Part shown: piece after piece, positions 17,747 through 28,291 of the stretch
Layout: every line of letters starts with the position of its first letter
Numbering within the stretch: the first letter of the stretch is position 1
Assembly: GCA_012974435.1 (NCBI GenBank)
Contig: JAAXQF010000085.1
Coordinates: 1 to 50,463, forward strand
Reading direction: 5' to 3'
DNA from: Desulfuromonadales bacterium
Lineage (GTDB): Bacteria > Desulfobacterota > Desulfuromonadia > Desulfuromonadales > BM103
Length of the DNA: 50,463 bases
Program-made: the position numbers and the translations under genes
The notes under the pieces: generated by a model
The model's database searches: none
What the model was told of the DNA's origin: nothing
Seen by the model: only the letters and a program-made list of their open reading frames with translations

Positions 17747-20700
17747 TCATAGCCGACAAAAAGCTTGCAATTCCTTTTTGGCGAGCGTTAAGACCTCTTC
17801 CCTGGCGATCCTGCCGAGACGGATACTCAAGCGGTAATCGGGGCTGAAAGAGTACTTTTTGCTATCTTCAAGCAGAGCCAGAATCTGCTCCGGAGCAACT
17901 TTGGTATTGCCCGGAAAAGCAAAGACCAGGTTATGACCGTCAAACTCTGCCAGTTCAACATGTAACTGTTTCATCAGAACCCGCAACTTCATGACATCAA
18001 GTAGGAGCTCTGCCGCTTTTGGTAGTTCCCCGTAACGGTCGCGTAATTCATCCCCGGCCTGGTAGATCTCGACATCATCGCCAGCGGAAGCGAGCTTGCG
18101 ATAGAGGACCAGGCGTTGATTGGGATCAGAGACATAAGACTCCGGCAGAAAAGCAGAAAGGCCGAGGCGGATTTCCGGATCGACGCTCTCTTCTCGGCTT
18201 TGCCCTTGCAGCTCCTGGATCGTCTCCTCGAGCAGCTCCGTGTACATTTCAAAACCGATAGCCGCAACCTGTCCAGCCTGTCGCGCACCGAGCAGGTCAC
18301 CGGCGCCACGTAATTCAAGGTCGTGACGGGCGATACGAAAACCAGCGCCCAGCTCCGCCTGTTCCTGGAGAACTTTGAGGCGTTCACGAGCATCCCTGGT
18401 CAACAAGCCTTCACCGGGGATCATCAGGTAGGCGTAGGCGCGTTGGTGCGAACGGCCAACCCGACCACGCAACTGGTAGAGCTGCGACAAACCGAAACGA
18501 TCTGCCCGGTTGACGATCATGGTGTTTGCTGAAGAGATATCTATGCCGTTTTCTATGATCGTTGTACAAACCAACAGATTGGTTCGCCCTTCAATAAAGT
18601 CGAGCATGACACTCTCCAGCTCTTTTTCCGGCATCTGCCCATGGCCGACACCAACCTTGGCCTGGGGAACCAGCTGTCGCAGGAAATCAGCCATGGCACC
18701 GATCGACTGCACCCGGTTGTGTACGAAGTAAACCTGTCCGCCACGGCGCAGTTCACGCAGAATGGCGTCACGGATCAGGTCATCATCAAAACGGGTGACA
18801 TAGGTCCGGATTGCCTGTCGATCCACCGGTGGAGTATCGATAATCGACAGCTCTCGCAGGCCTGCCAGGCTCTGGTGCAGGGTTCTCGGAATCGGCGTGG
18901 CGGTCAGGGTCAGAACATCGACTTCAGCCCGCATTTTCTTCAAACGTTCCTTGTGTGTCACACCGAAGCGCTGTTCTTCATCAATGACGATCAGACCGAG
19001 GTTTTTAAAATGGACATCACGCTGCAACAGGCGATGCGTGCCGATCAGGATATCAACCTGCCCGGCAGCCGTGCGCGCAAGGGTCTTTTTCTGCTCAGCC
19101 GCAGTACGAAAGCGTGACAACATATCGACGGTCACCGGATAGTCGGCAAACCGTTGCCGGAAGGTTTCCAGATGCTGACGGGCCAGAACTGTCGTCGGCA
19201 CCAGGATGGCCACCTGGCGACTGTCGAGGACCGCTTTAAAAGCCGCTCGGATTGCAACCTCGGTCTTGCCGTAGCCAACATCGCCACAGATCAGACGATC
19301 GACCGGGCGTTCGGACACCATGTCCTCGAGGACAGATTCAATCGCCTCCAGTTGGTCGGGGGTTTCTTCGTGGGGGAAGGCCGCTTCGAATTCACGAAAA
19401 AGGCCGTCCGGAGGACTGTAGCTGAAACCTTCGGCGAGCTGCCGGCGGGCCTGAACCTGCAGCAGGTCACGGGCCATCTCCTCGATCGTCGCCCGGGCCC
19501 GCAGCTTGGCTTTTTCCCAGGCGCCGCTGCCCATCTTGTCCAGTCGCGGCGAAGAGCCATCTGACAGGTACTTCTGCACCTTCTCAATACGTTCAACCGG
19601 CAGGTAAAGGCGATCTTCTCCGGCATACTCGAGATGGATAAAATCCCCCTCGACCGTACCGGTCTTTAAATGGACCAAACCGAGATAACGACCGATTCCG
19701 TAGTCGGCATGTACAACCAGGTCCGAAGCCTTCAAGTCGGCCAGAGAGGATTCAAAGACCCGTTGCCGAGGGCGCACCTTGCGATGTGTGCGCGGGCCAA
19801 AAATTTCATCGTCACAGATAACGACAAGTTTTTCATCGACCAGTCTGAAACCACTGTCCAGCAGACCTGTCGTGATGGTAATCCCTTCTGCAAAGACACG
19901 CCCCGCCAGAAGTTCCGGCTCCCAGCCAAGGGGCAAGTCGCTCGGCGCCAGAAGATCGAGTAACCGCTCCGCCTGACCGCGCTGGTGACAAACAATCAGC
20001 ACTCTCCAGCCGTCATTCTGCCAATCCCGCAATTTTTCAACAAGAGGAGCAAGACTGCCGTCATGGGCGGCGTGATCAGGTCGCAGATCCGTATTGCCCA
20101 GAACCGGAACACGGTAAACCGGGTGCTCCTCTTCAAGGTGATAAACCTGCAGCGAGGCCAGGTCAATACGCGGCCCCTGATTGAAGCGTGCATCCAGCTC
20201 TTGTCCGGTAAGATAAAACTCCTGTGCCGGAACATAGGGTTCGGAGTTGCTCTGCGAGCGTTTTTCACCACTTCTTATGGCTTCACAAAATTCGTCGGCA
20301 GCAGTGATGATTGCAGCAGGGTCAAGCATCAGCCAGCAATAGCGCCCCAGATAATCAAAAAGAGTATCAAGAGACTCGTAATTGAGCGGCAGAAGGTTCT
20401 CCCGGCCGGGGCCAAGCAAACCTTCGCGCACTTCATCCAGAATTGCTTCGCGCTGGGCACGGGGAATCTCCAGATCGTCGCAGCGCTCCTTGCAACGCCG
20501 AGTAAAGGTCTCCAGATGACGTCCGGCCAGAATCATTTCCCGGGCCGGCGCCAGCTCAAGGCGTACCAGATGCTGATCACCGGAACGTTGGCTGGCAGGG
20601 TCAAAACTACGAATCTCCTCAAGCTCATCGCCGAAGAATGCCAAACGTACCGGCTGTTCAAGCATCGGCGGGAAAAGGTCTACCAGGTCACCACGCACGG

Positions 20701-21235
20701 CAAAGCTGCCGCGATCCTCAACCAGGGTGACCCGCTGATAACCGAGCGAAGCCAGCCCGTGCAAAAGGACGTCGCGCGGCATCTCGTCGCCGACTTCAAG
20801 CTGCAGGCGCAGAGAATCGAGAACCTCGCGGGGCAGGATCTTCTGCTGCAAGGCTTTGACCGTTGTGACTATGGCCTTGCCGCGGCCGTTGGCGAGAGCG
20901 GCGAGAGTAGCTAAACGGGTAGCTTCGATTTCAGGGTGAGGGCTTAAAGGAGCGTAAGGTTCGGTTTCCCAGTGTGGGAAGAAGAGAATATCGGCCTGAC
21001 GGCCATGAAAAAAGCTCAGCGCCCGGTAAAACCGCTGGGCTTCAGCCTGATCGGAGGCCACGATCAAGAGAGCTTCTGCGCTCTCTTTGCGGGCTAACAG
21101 ACCGGCGGCAAACCAGGCGTCGCTGCTGCCGTTGAGGCCAAGAATTTCGCTGCGTCCGAACACACCGGAGGCGAAAGGATGCTGAAGGCCAGCAAGGCTG
21201 CTGTGCTGAAAGCGGGGTTCAGTCGGTTCTGACAT
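17747..21235 (-). CDS. mfd: Transcription-repair coupling factor
   Basis: UvrB-homology module, CarD-like RID, GDVGYGKTE, DEEQRFG, QLRGRVGR and TRG motifs. Confidence 0.96.
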   Translation of the reverse strand: MSEPTEPRFQHSSLAGLQHPFASGVFGRSEILGLNGSSDAWFAAGLLARKESAEALLIVASDQAEAQRFYRALSFFHGRQADILFFPHWETEPYAPLSPHPEIEATRLATLAALANGRGKAIVTTVKALQQKILPREVLDSLRLQLEVGDEMPRDVLLHGLASLGYQRVTLVEDRGSFAVRGDLVDLFPPMLEQPVRLAFFGDELEEIRSFDPASQRSGDQHLVRLELAPAREMILAGRHLETFTRRCKERCDDLEIPRAQREAILDEVREGLLGPGRENLLPLNYESLDTLFDYLGRYCWLMLDPAAIITAADEFCEAIRSGEKRSQSNSEPYVPAQEFYLTGQELDARFNQGPRIDLASLQVYHLEEEHPVYRVPVLGNTDLRPDHAAHDGSLAPLVEKLRDWQNDGWRVLIVCHQRGQAERLLDLLAPSDLPLGWEPELLAGRVFAEGITITTGLLDSGFRLVDEKLVVICDDEIFGPRTHRKVRPRQRVFESSLADLKASDLVVHADYGIGRYLGLVHLKTGTVEGDFIHLEYAGEDRLYLPVERIEKVQKYLSDGSSPRLDKMGSGAWEKAKLRARATIEEMARDLLQVQARRQLAEGFSYSPPDGLFREFEAAFPHEETPDQLEAIESVLEDMVSERPVDRLICGDVGYGKTEVAIRAAFKAVLDSRQVAILVPTTVLARQHLETFRQRFADYPVTVDMLSRFRTAAEQKKTLARTAAGQVDILIGTHRLLQRDVHFKNLGLIVIDEEQRFGVTHKERLKKMRAEVDVLTLTATPIPRTLHQSLAGLRELSIIDTPPVDRQAIRTYVTRFDDDLIRDAILRELRRGGQVYFVHNRVQSIGAMADFLRQLVPQAKVGVGHGQMPEKELESVMLDFIEGRTNLLVCTTIIENGIDISSANTMIVNRADRFGLSQLYQLRGRVGRSHQRAYAYLMIPGEGLLTRDARERLKVLQEQAELGAGFRIARHDLELRGAGDLLGARQAGQVAAIGFEMYTELLEETIQELQGQSREESVDPEIRLGLSAFLPESYVSDPNQRLVLYRKLASAGDDVEIYQAGDELRDRYGELPKAAELLLDVMKLRVLMKQLHVELAEFDGHNLVFAFPGNTKVAPEQILALLEDSKKYSFSPDYRLSIRLGRIAREEVLTLAKKELQAFCRL

Positions 21236-21322
21236 GTTGGCACCCGACAAAGACCATCATTCTGTCTTCATCTTTCACGCCTGAATCCGTAGCAAAAGAG
21301 CGGAGAACAGGGACTAAGGGAA

Positions 21323-22237
21323 TCAATCACGTGGAACGGCCAGCATCCGGTCCAGGGTAATTTTAGCTGGGATTCTGACCTCTTCCGGGACCGTTACCCG
21401 GGGGCTCATGGTCTGCAAAGCTTTGAGAATATCCTCGATAGAGGTCAGCTTCATGTTTGGACAGATAAGACGCGTGGTCGGCAGGATAAATTCTTTGTCG
21501 GGATTCTCCTTGCGCAAGCGGTAGAGAATGCCCGCTTCGGTACCGACGATGAATTGTTTAGCTGGATTTTCCGAGGCGAAGGTGTACATACCGCTGGTGG
21601 AGCAGATATGATCGGCCTGAGCCAACACCTCTGGAGGACATTCGGGGTGTGCCATAAAGAGGGCGTCTGGATAATCAGTCTTAATCGCCTCAACATCGGC
21701 AACCGTAAAGCGCTCGTGAGTCGGGCAGTAACCATCCCAGAAGTAACAGGTTTTATCCACTTGATCGGCAATGTAACGGCCCAGATTACGATCTGGAGCA
21801 AGAATGACTTCTTTGTCGGCAAGAGAGGCAACAACATTGACGGCGTTAGAACTTGTACAACAGATATCGCTCTCTGCTTTCACAGCAGCACTTGAGTTGA
21901 CATAGGTCACCACGGGTACGCCGGGATACTTGCTTTTGAATTCACGCAAGCCCTCTGCCGTAATCATGTCGGCCATCGGACAACCAGCATCAAGGCGCGG
22001 TAGCAGAACCGTCTTTTCCGGTGCCAGGATGGCAGCACTTTCTGCCATAAAGTGAACACCACAGAAGACGATCACTGACTTGTCGGTGCGGGCGGCCTCC
22101 ATCGACAGGGCGAGAGAATCCCCTGTAATATGTGCCAGTTCCTGAATTTCATCGCGTTGATAATTATGGGCCAGGATCAGAGCATCGCGCTCGTCAGCCA
22201 GGCGGAGGATTTCTTTTATGATATCATTTTGATTCAT
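21323..22237 (-). CDS. nadA: Quinolinate synthase
   Basis: [24 protein letters not shown] and CPNMK motifs. Confidence 0.96.
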   Translation of the reverse strand: MNQNDIIKEILRLADERDALILAHNYQRDEIQELAHITGDSLALSMEAARTDKSVIVFCGVHFMAESAAILAPEKTVLLPRLDAGCPMADMITAEGLREFKSKYPGVPVVTYVNSSAAVKAESDICCTSSNAVNVVASLADKEVILAPDRNLGRYIADQVDKTCYFWDGYCPTHERFTVADVEAIKTDYPDALFMAHPECPPEVLAQADHICSTSGMYTFASENPAKQFIVGTEAGILYRLRKENPDKEFILPTTRLICPNMKLTSIEDILKALQTMSPRVTVPEEVRIPAKITLDRMLAVPRD

Positions 22238-22270
22238 GATACAACCATTTCCTTGCTGAAAGATTGCCGT

Positions 22271-22352
22271 ATACTAGTGTAAAAACCTTGATATGTCAAA
22301 CGCTTATAGCCGTCTCAGCACCCTTGACAGGGCCTCTGTTTGCCGGTATTCT
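22271..22352. promoter_or_regulatory. Divergent sigma70 promoters for nadA (minus) and tatBC (plus)
   Basis: Minus: TTGACA (22299-22294)-17-TAGTAT; plus: TTGACA (22324)-17-TATTCT. Confidence 0.65.
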
Positions 22353-22389
22353 CAGCTCACTTTTTCAACCCCGCTTACGGTGATTATAT

Positions 22390-22752
22390 ATGTTTGGTAT
22401 AGGTTTTCCTGAACTCCTCATGATCATGGCTATTGCTCTGATCGTGCTCGGACCGAAACGTCTCCCCGATATTGCCAGAGCCCTCGGTCGTGGCCTTTCG
22501 GAATTCAAACGCGCCTCCGACGAACTGAAACAGACCTTCGAGGCCGAAGTCCGTAGTCATGACACCGAGCAGCAAACGCCTCCACCGGTCAAGCTGACTC
22601 CTCCCGGAGCGATGCAGAGCCCTTATCCTGACGAGGCCAACGCTGGCGACCCAGAGCCTTCCGTCGACCCGGAACCTGTTGTCGACAAACCATCGGTAGA
22701 AACAGCAACAGTTGAAACCGCGAAGAAGGGCGAGGACTCCCGGAATGAGTGA
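22390..22752 (+). CDS. tatB: Twin-arginine translocase subunit TatB (TatA/B family)
   Basis: [10 protein letters not shown]...LGPKRLP, long Pro/acidic tail, upstream of tatC. Confidence 0.85.
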   Translation: MFGIGFPELLMIMAIALIVLGPKRLPDIARALGRGLSEFKRASDELKQTFEAEVRSHDTEQQTPPPVKLTPPGAMQSPYPDEANAGDPEPSVDPEPVVDKPSVETATVETAKKGEDSRNE

Positions 22753-23506
22753 TCAACAGATGCCGTTGACCACTCACCTTGAGGAGTTACGCCGCAAGCT
22801 GATTATTGCCGGCGTTTCCTGGCTGGTGGCCTTTCTGATCTGCTATTCATTTTCAGAACAACTCTTCAACCTGATTGCCGGCCCGGTTCGCCAGGCATTA
22901 CCGGAGGGGACCTCGCTGGTCTTCATCACGGCAACCGAGCCCTTCTTTACCTACTTGAAGATCGGTGCCCTGGCCGGTCTGCTGGTCTCCATGCCAGTGA
23001 TCTTCTGGCAAATCTGGTCCTTTATCGCACCGGGCCTTTATAAAAACGAGAAGCGCTACATTTTCCCCTTTGTGCTGGCAAGCTCTTTCTGCTTCGCCTG
23101 TGGCGCTTTTTTCGGCTTCAATTTCGTATTCCCCATGGCTTTCAAGGTGCTTATCGAGTTCGGCACCGGCGGTGGTGAAATCAGCGCCATGCTTTCTATG
23201 GGCTCCTACCTCTCCTTGTCGAGCAAACTCCTGCTTGCCTTCGGATTGGTTTTTGAGCTGCCGGTGGTGATTTTCTTTCTGGCCCGCATGGGCATCGTTG
23301 ACCACAAGTTCCTCGCCCGTAATCGCAAGTTCGCCCTCCTTGCTGCGTTCCTGACCGGTGCCATGCTTACGCCACCGGATGTCTTTTCACAAACAGCCCT
23401 GGCCCTGCCCTTTATCATCCTCTATGAAATCGGTATTATCATCGCACGTCTCTTCGGCAAACGTCGTGAAACTGATGACGAAGCAGACCAAAAAACCGAG
23501 GCGTAA
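22745..23506 (+). CDS. tatC: Twin-arginine translocase subunit TatC
   Basis: HLEELR, FIAPGLY, FELP and TPPD motifs. Confidence 0.96.
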   Translation: MSDQQMPLTTHLEELRRKLIIAGVSWLVAFLICYSFSEQLFNLIAGPVRQALPEGTSLVFITATEPFFTYLKIGALAGLLVSMPVIFWQIWSFIAPGLYKNEKRYIFPFVLASSFCFACGAFFGFNFVFPMAFKVLIEFGTGGGEISAMLSMGSYLSLSSKLLLAFGLVFELPVVIFFLARMGIVDHKFLARNRKFALLAAFLTGAMLTPPDVFSQTALALPFIILYEIGIIIARLFGKRRETDDEADQKTEA

Positions 23507-23531
23507 CGACCCTGCTCCGTTTAAAAAAAAC

Positions 23532-23571
23532 AAAAGGCGACCCCGCAATAATAGAGCAGGGCCGCCTTTTT
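23532..23571. terminator. Probable bidirectional terminator
   Basis: aaaaggcgaccc...gggccgccttttt imperfect stem between convergent genes. Confidence 0.6.
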
Positions 23572-23592
23572 CATTGAAACAACAAAGAAGAG

Positions 23593-24438
23593 TTACTTGG
23601 CTACTTTTCCCAGTTCCGCATCAATCATCTGCTTGAAACCTTTAATACTACGATCTTTCAACTGGCGTCCGTTGATATACGCAGCAGGTGTCCCTCGAAC
23701 GCCTGCTTTAGCCCCTAGCTGCATATCGATGTTCACTTCCTGGAGAAGAGCAGGGTTCACAATATCCTGATCAAAACGCGCCATATCGAGGCCTACAGCT
23801 TCGGCCAGCTCTCGGATTTTTGCATCATTCAACTTGTTGTAATTGGCAAACAGCTGATCATGTAAAGGCCAGAATTTGCCTTGGTTGCGCGCGGCAATAC
23901 TGGCAACGGCGGCCTTCTGAGCAAACTTATGCATACTCAGAGGAAAATGCTTGAACACCACCTTGACCTGCTTGGGATAAGCCGCCATCACCTGGTTCAA
24001 AGTCGGCACCAGTTTGGCGCAGTAGGGGCACTGGAAATCGTCAAAGAGGATAATGGTTACCGGAGCATTCGCATCCCCCTTTACAGCGGACGTACCAACC
24101 GGCAGCTTCTGGACATAAGCAAGGGTGAGAATCTGTAATTCGTTGCTTTTACTGTTACCCAGGTAAAGCGTCTGCCCGTCCGGGGAAACTTCCAGGCTGG
24201 TGACACCGGCTCCAACCTTGAAGAGATCCTGTGGCTGACCGTCAGCAGAGAAAATCTGGACCTCTCCCGTTTCAAGGAGAACAAAGACACGCCCGTCACT
24301 GACGCTCTGGGCAACATCGACCGGTTGCTTACCCAGGGGGTGACGTTTGACCAGATTTTTTTCGAGTTCCGCACAAACCGAGCCGGCCGTTAACAGCAGA
24401 CCGAGCAACAAGATCAAAATACGACTTACACCTGACAT
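23593..24438 (-). CDS. Exported DsbA/thioredoxin-like protein
   Basis: Signal peptide, beta-rich N-domain, DFQCPYC, KHFPL and GVRGTP motifs. Confidence 0.88.
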   Translation of the reverse strand: MSGVSRILILLLGLLLTAGSVCAELEKNLVKRHPLGKQPVDVAQSVSDGRVFVLLETGEVQIFSADGQPQDLFKVGAGVTSLEVSPDGQTLYLGNSKSNELQILTLAYVQKLPVGTSAVKGDANAPVTIILFDDFQCPYCAKLVPTLNQVMAAYPKQVKVVFKHFPLSMHKFAQKAAVASIAARNQGKFWPLHDQLFANYNKLNDAKIRELAEAVGLDMARFDQDIVNPALLQEVNIDMQLGAKAGVRGTPAAYINGRQLKDRSIKGFKQMIDAELGKVAK

Positions 24439-24603
24439 GAGTGATACCCTCTCGTTGTTGAATTTTCGATAACACGATCTATTGTCGTGCGCTCCTGATC
24501 CTTTAAGTAAACCCTATAATTACCCCCAGCAGGGGGCTATGTCAATCGCATCAGATGACAAGCCTTGACAATCGCCCTTTGCATCGGCATAACTTGAAAC
24601 TCT

Positions 24604-25530
24604 ATGATGACTCCAGCTCTTGCCATTCATAACCTCTCTAAAGAGTTCGACGGTGCCATCGCCGTCAACGACATCTCGTTTACGATCGAACCCGGAGAAA
24701 TATTCGGTCTGCTCGGTCCTAACGGTGCCGGTAAAAGCACGACCATCAACATGATCGGTGGTGTCTCGCGCATCGGCAGCGGTTCCATCGAAATCTTCGG
24801 TGCAGACAACCAGAAGGACTACCGCACCACCCGGCGCATGGTTGGCGTTATGCATCAGGAAATCGTCATCGACAATTTCTTCACCATCGACCAAGCCCTG
24901 AGACTGCACGCAGGCTATTACGGCTTTCGTGATGATGAAGCCTGGCGGCTGCAATTAATCGACCGCCTGGGTCTTAAACCACACCTGCACAAGGTGATGA
25001 TTAAACTCTCCGGAGGGATGAAGCGCCGTTTCATGATCGCTAAAGCGCTGATTCACAAGCCCCGGCTGCTCATCCTTGATGAACCGACCGCCGGTGTCGA
25101 CGTGGAACTTCGCCACACACTCTGGGATTTTGTGCGTGAGATCAACCAGCAGGGTACGACCATCCTCCTGACCACACATTACCTGGAAGAGGCCGAACAG
25201 ATGTGCGATCGCCTCGCCATCATGAACCACGGCAAGGTCATCGCGCTCGAATCAACCGAGACCCTGCTACAGGAACTCGGCACTCGCACGATCATCGTTC
25301 ACCTGCAGGAGCCGATTACGCAAGTACCCGAAAACCTCTGTTGCCAAGCCACAGACCTCGACAAATCGGGCACTCTTTTGCAATTAACCTTGTCGGCCAA
25401 TCAGCCGACCGGCGACCTGTTGCAACGACTCTGTGAGATCGGCCTGTCAATCGCCGATATCGAAACCAGAAGTGCCGGGCTCGAAGAAATTTTTCTGCAA
25501 ATGACCAAGGCGGGCAGGGTAGAGCCATGA
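24604..25530 (+). CDS. ABC-2 transporter ATP-binding protein (YadG-like)
   Basis: GPNGAGKS, LSGGM, DEPTAGVD and TTHY motifs. Confidence 0.92.
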   Translation: MMTPALAIHNLSKEFDGAIAVNDISFTIEPGEIFGLLGPNGAGKSTTINMIGGVSRIGSGSIEIFGADNQKDYRTTRRMVGVMHQEIVIDNFFTIDQALRLHAGYYGFRDDEAWRLQLIDRLGLKPHLHKVMIKLSGGMKRRFMIAKALIHKPRLLILDEPTAGVDVELRHTLWDFVREINQQGTTILLTTHYLEEAEQMCDRLAIMNHGKVIALESTETLLQELGTRTIIVHLQEPITQVPENLCCQATDLDKSGTLLQLTLSANQPTGDLLQRLCEIGLSIADIETRSAGLEEIFLQMTKAGRVEP

Positions 25531-26315
25531 ATCAACAGAACGACATCGAATACCACTCCTGGCTGCCTTTTTACACTCTGCTGAAAAAGGAAATTCGCCG
25601 TTTCCTACGCGTTGCATCCCAGACCCTGGTCACCCCGGTAATCACCGCTTCGCTTTATCTCTTTATCTTCGGAGCAACCCTCGGTGAACGCATCAGCGTA
25701 CTCGAAGGTTTCAGTTATGCCCAGTTTGTCATCCCGGGCCTGATCCTGATGGGCATCATCAATAACTCTTTCTCCAACGTGGCCTCCTCGCTCTTCATGT
25801 CGCGCTACCTTGGCAGCATAGTCGACCTTCTGGTCACACCAGTCACCCCGACCCAGTTCATCATGGCTTACACCCTGGCCGCCATGTTGCGCGGGCTGGC
25901 TGTAGGCCTTGTGGTCTGGCTGATCTCCTGTCTTTTTGCCACGCTGCCCTGGGCGCACCCTTTTGCCGCGATCGCCATGGCTTGCCTCGCCAGCTTCCTC
26001 TTTGCCCAGTTCGGCATTATCGCTGCGATCCACGCAGACAACTTCGATACGCTGTCGATGTACACCAACTTTATCATTCTGCCCCTGATCTATCTCGGCG
26101 GCGTTTTTTACCCGATCTCCATCTTGCCACCACTCTGGGCCAAGCTTTCTCACCTCAACCCGCTTTTCTACCTGATAGACGGTTTCCGTTATGCAATTCT
26201 CGGCGTCGGCGACCTCTCTTTTGTCGTCTCTTTCTGCACGGTTACAGCAATGGCACTGGGACTTTTTGCCTGGGCTGCCATCCTGATTGCGCGCAGTTAT
26301 CGTTTGCGGAACTGA
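25527..26315 (+). CDS. ABC-2 transporter permease (YadH-like)
   Basis: KEIRRF, PGLI, GGVFYP and NPLFYLIDGFR; six hydrophobic segments. Confidence 0.9.
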   Translation: MNQQNDIEYHSWLPFYTLLKKEIRRFLRVASQTLVTPVITASLYLFIFGATLGERISVLEGFSYAQFVIPGLILMGIINNSFSNVASSLFMSRYLGSIVDLLVTPVTPTQFIMAYTLAAMLRGLAVGLVVWLISCLFATLPWAHPFAAIAMACLASFLFAQFGIIAAIHADNFDTLSMYTNFIILPLIYLGGVFYPISILPPLWAKLSHLNPLFYLIDGFRYAILGVGDLSFVVSFCTVTAMALGLFAWAAILIARSYRLRN

Positions 26316-26358
26316 CACAAACTTCTTTACTTCTGGTTGATCCCCTTTGTACCAACAG

Positions 26359-26392
26359 AAAGAGGGCCCGTCCATTCAGACGGGCCCTCTTT
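26359..26392. terminator. Bidirectional terminator
   Basis: aaagagggcccgtc-cattca-gacgggccctcttt. Confidence 0.8.
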
Positions 26393-26436
26393 ATTCTCCT
26401 AATATCACGCGATTGCCTGCAGCAATTTTTCTGTTT

Positions 26437-27129
26437 CTACGCTGACTCCACATTATTTGCGGCAGTTTCAGCTTCAGACATACTCTGAATCAGAACTCCG
26501 GCACCGATGGTTGCAGCATGCCGTACCAGGCTATCTGCACGTTCTCCGTCACGATTTTTAAAGGCTTCGATCATATTGCGGTGCTCTTCCACCGATATTT
26601 CCATACGGCCGGGCTGTGAAAGAGAGGCCAGGCGCAGACGCTTGAACCTCATCACCAGCTGGTTAATCATTTCGTAAAGCTTATCGTTACCAGCCGCCTT
26701 GATAAAGAGATCGTGAAACTCATTATGCACACGGAAAAATCTCTTGACGTCACCATCCGCGGCGACCTTCTTAAGCCGTTCATTAATTGATTCGAGCCGA
26801 TCGATGTCTTTCTCGGTCAGTTTTTCTGCGGCCATCTTCGCAGCAAAACCTTCAAGGAGGATCTTGATCGCATAAAACTCTTCAATATCCCGCTCTGACA
26901 AGGACGCAACAACGGCTCCCTTGCGTGGAATCACCTCAAGATAGCCCTCAGATTCAAGCTGCCGAAAAGCCTCCCTGATCGGGGTACGACTGATGCCGAA
27001 ACGTTCCGCCAGCTCAGGCTCCGAGACGCGTTCGCCTGGTTTCATAGTTCCCTTGAGGATAGCATCCCGGATCATCTCCAGGATTTTTTCTCTTAGGGTC
27101 TGATGTCTTTCAATTGGTTTTTTGCGCAA
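26437..27129 (-). CDS. GntR/FadR-family transcriptional regulator (FCD domain)
   Basis: wHTH LAERFGISRTPIREA; NEFH and EEH FCD motifs; TTG start after SD GGAG. Confidence 0.92.
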   Translation of the reverse strand: MRKKPIERHQTLREKILEMIRDAILKGTMKPGERVSEPELAERFGISRTPIREAFRQLESEGYLEVIPRKGAVVASLSERDIEEFYAIKILLEGFAAKMAAEKLTEKDIDRLESINERLKKVAADGDVKRFFRVHNEFHDLFIKAAGNDKLYEMINQLVMRFKRLRLASLSQPGRMEISVEEHRNMIEAFKNRDGERADSLVRHAATIGAGVLIQSMSEAETAANNVESA

Positions 27130-27156
27130 GAGAAACTCCGTTCTATTAAGTTCAAC

Positions 27157-27186
27157 GAATTGTATACAGTATACACTCAATGTCAA
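27157..27186 (-). promoter_or_regulatory. gntR promoter overlapped by operator TGTATACTGTATACAA
   Basis: TTGACA (27186-27181)-16-TACAAT; the operator covers the spacer and -10. Confidence 0.72.
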
Positions 27187-27283
27187 GCTCTTTCTCTTTC
27201 ACAAGCAATGCTAAGCCACTTAACTGCTTGCCTTTTATTCTATGCATGATTATCATCCCATAAGTTTTCCTTGAGGTTAAAGT

Positions 27284-28291
27284 ATGGACCCGATAAGACA
27301 TCTACGCTTCTCTATCGCCGCTCTTGTTTTGATCATCGCTATCGGCACTTGTGGTTATTCCATGGTCGAAGACTGGTCGCTCTTCGATTCCCTCTACATG
27401 ACCGTCATTACCCTGGCAACTGTCGGCTTCAAAGAGGTTCAGCCCTTATCAGATCACGGCAAATTATTCACCATCGTTCTGATTATCAGCGGTACAGGCA
27501 TGATCGCCTACACCCTCAGTAGCCTGCTTCAATTTACCCTTGAAGGCCAGCTTCGAAAAATCCTCGGGAGGAAAAAATTGGAAAGCCGTATCAGCAAACT
27601 CAGTGATCATTACATCATCTGCGGTTTTGGCCGCATCGGCCACCTGATCTGCCGCGAATTTCACTCCCGTCCCTTACCCTTTGTCGTTGTGGAAAAAGAT
27701 CCCCAGTTGGTCGAACGACTTGCTCGTAGCGACTATATTTATGTTGAGGGCGACGCAACCGATGATGAAACCTTGCAGTCGGCAGGCATTGATCGCGCCA
27801 AAGGGCTGATTACTGCCGTCACCTCTGATACTGACAACGTCTATATCACCCTGACAGCTCGAGGCCTCAACCCCAAGTTGTTTATTCTGGCCAGGGCGAG
27901 CGCGGAGGGGTCCGAAAAGAAACTGATGCGTGCCGGAGCGAGCAAGGTTATTTCTCCCTACACCATTGGCGCCAGTCGTATGGCACAGGCGATTTTACGC
28001 CCATCGGTCGTTGATTTTATCGAGATAGCTACGGCCAGCGAAAACCTTGAGCTGCAGATCGAGGAAATCACCATTCATCCAAGTTCTGAAATTGCTGGTA
28101 AGTCTCTCGTTGACTCAGGGATCAAGCAGAGTATGGGTATCATCATTGTTGGCATCAAACTTACCGATAATGAAATGACCTTTAACCCACCTCCTTACAC
28201 CATAATCGAACCCAATTCCGTGTTGATTACACTTGGTGAGCGGCCCGCAATCGATAAGTTGGAAAGGATAGCCGGAGGCTTTCAGCAGTGA
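27284..28291 (+). CDS. Two-TM potassium channel with TrkA-N/TrkA-C (RCK) domains
   Basis: Pore helix TLATVGF, GFGRIG Rossmann motif, GDAT and C-terminal RCK-C. Confidence 0.9.
   Translation: MDPIRHLRFSIAALVLIIAIGTCGYSMVEDWSLFDSLYMTVITLATVGFKEVQPLSDHGKLFTIVLIISGTGMIAYTLSSLLQFTLEGQLRKILGRKKLESRISKLSDHYIICGFGRIGHLICREFHSRPLPFVVVEKDPQLVERLARSDYIYVEGDATDDETLQSAGIDRAKGLITAVTSDTDNVYITLTARGLNPKLFILARASAEGSEKKLMRAGASKVISPYTIGASRMAQAILRPSVVDFIEIATASENLELQIEEITIHPSSEIAGKSLVDSGIKQSMGIIIVGIKLTDNEMTFNPPPYTIIEPNSVLITLGERPAIDKLERIAGGFQQ

Noticed and set aside
21323-21338. Partial parS-like sequences (also near 14000 and 30790)
   Set aside because: Only one half-site matches; most likely chance or codon-derived
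22268-22285. GTATACTAGTGTAAA upstream of nadA as a fourth copy of the shared operator
   Set aside because: The second half diverges and the sequence is explained by the nadA -10 element
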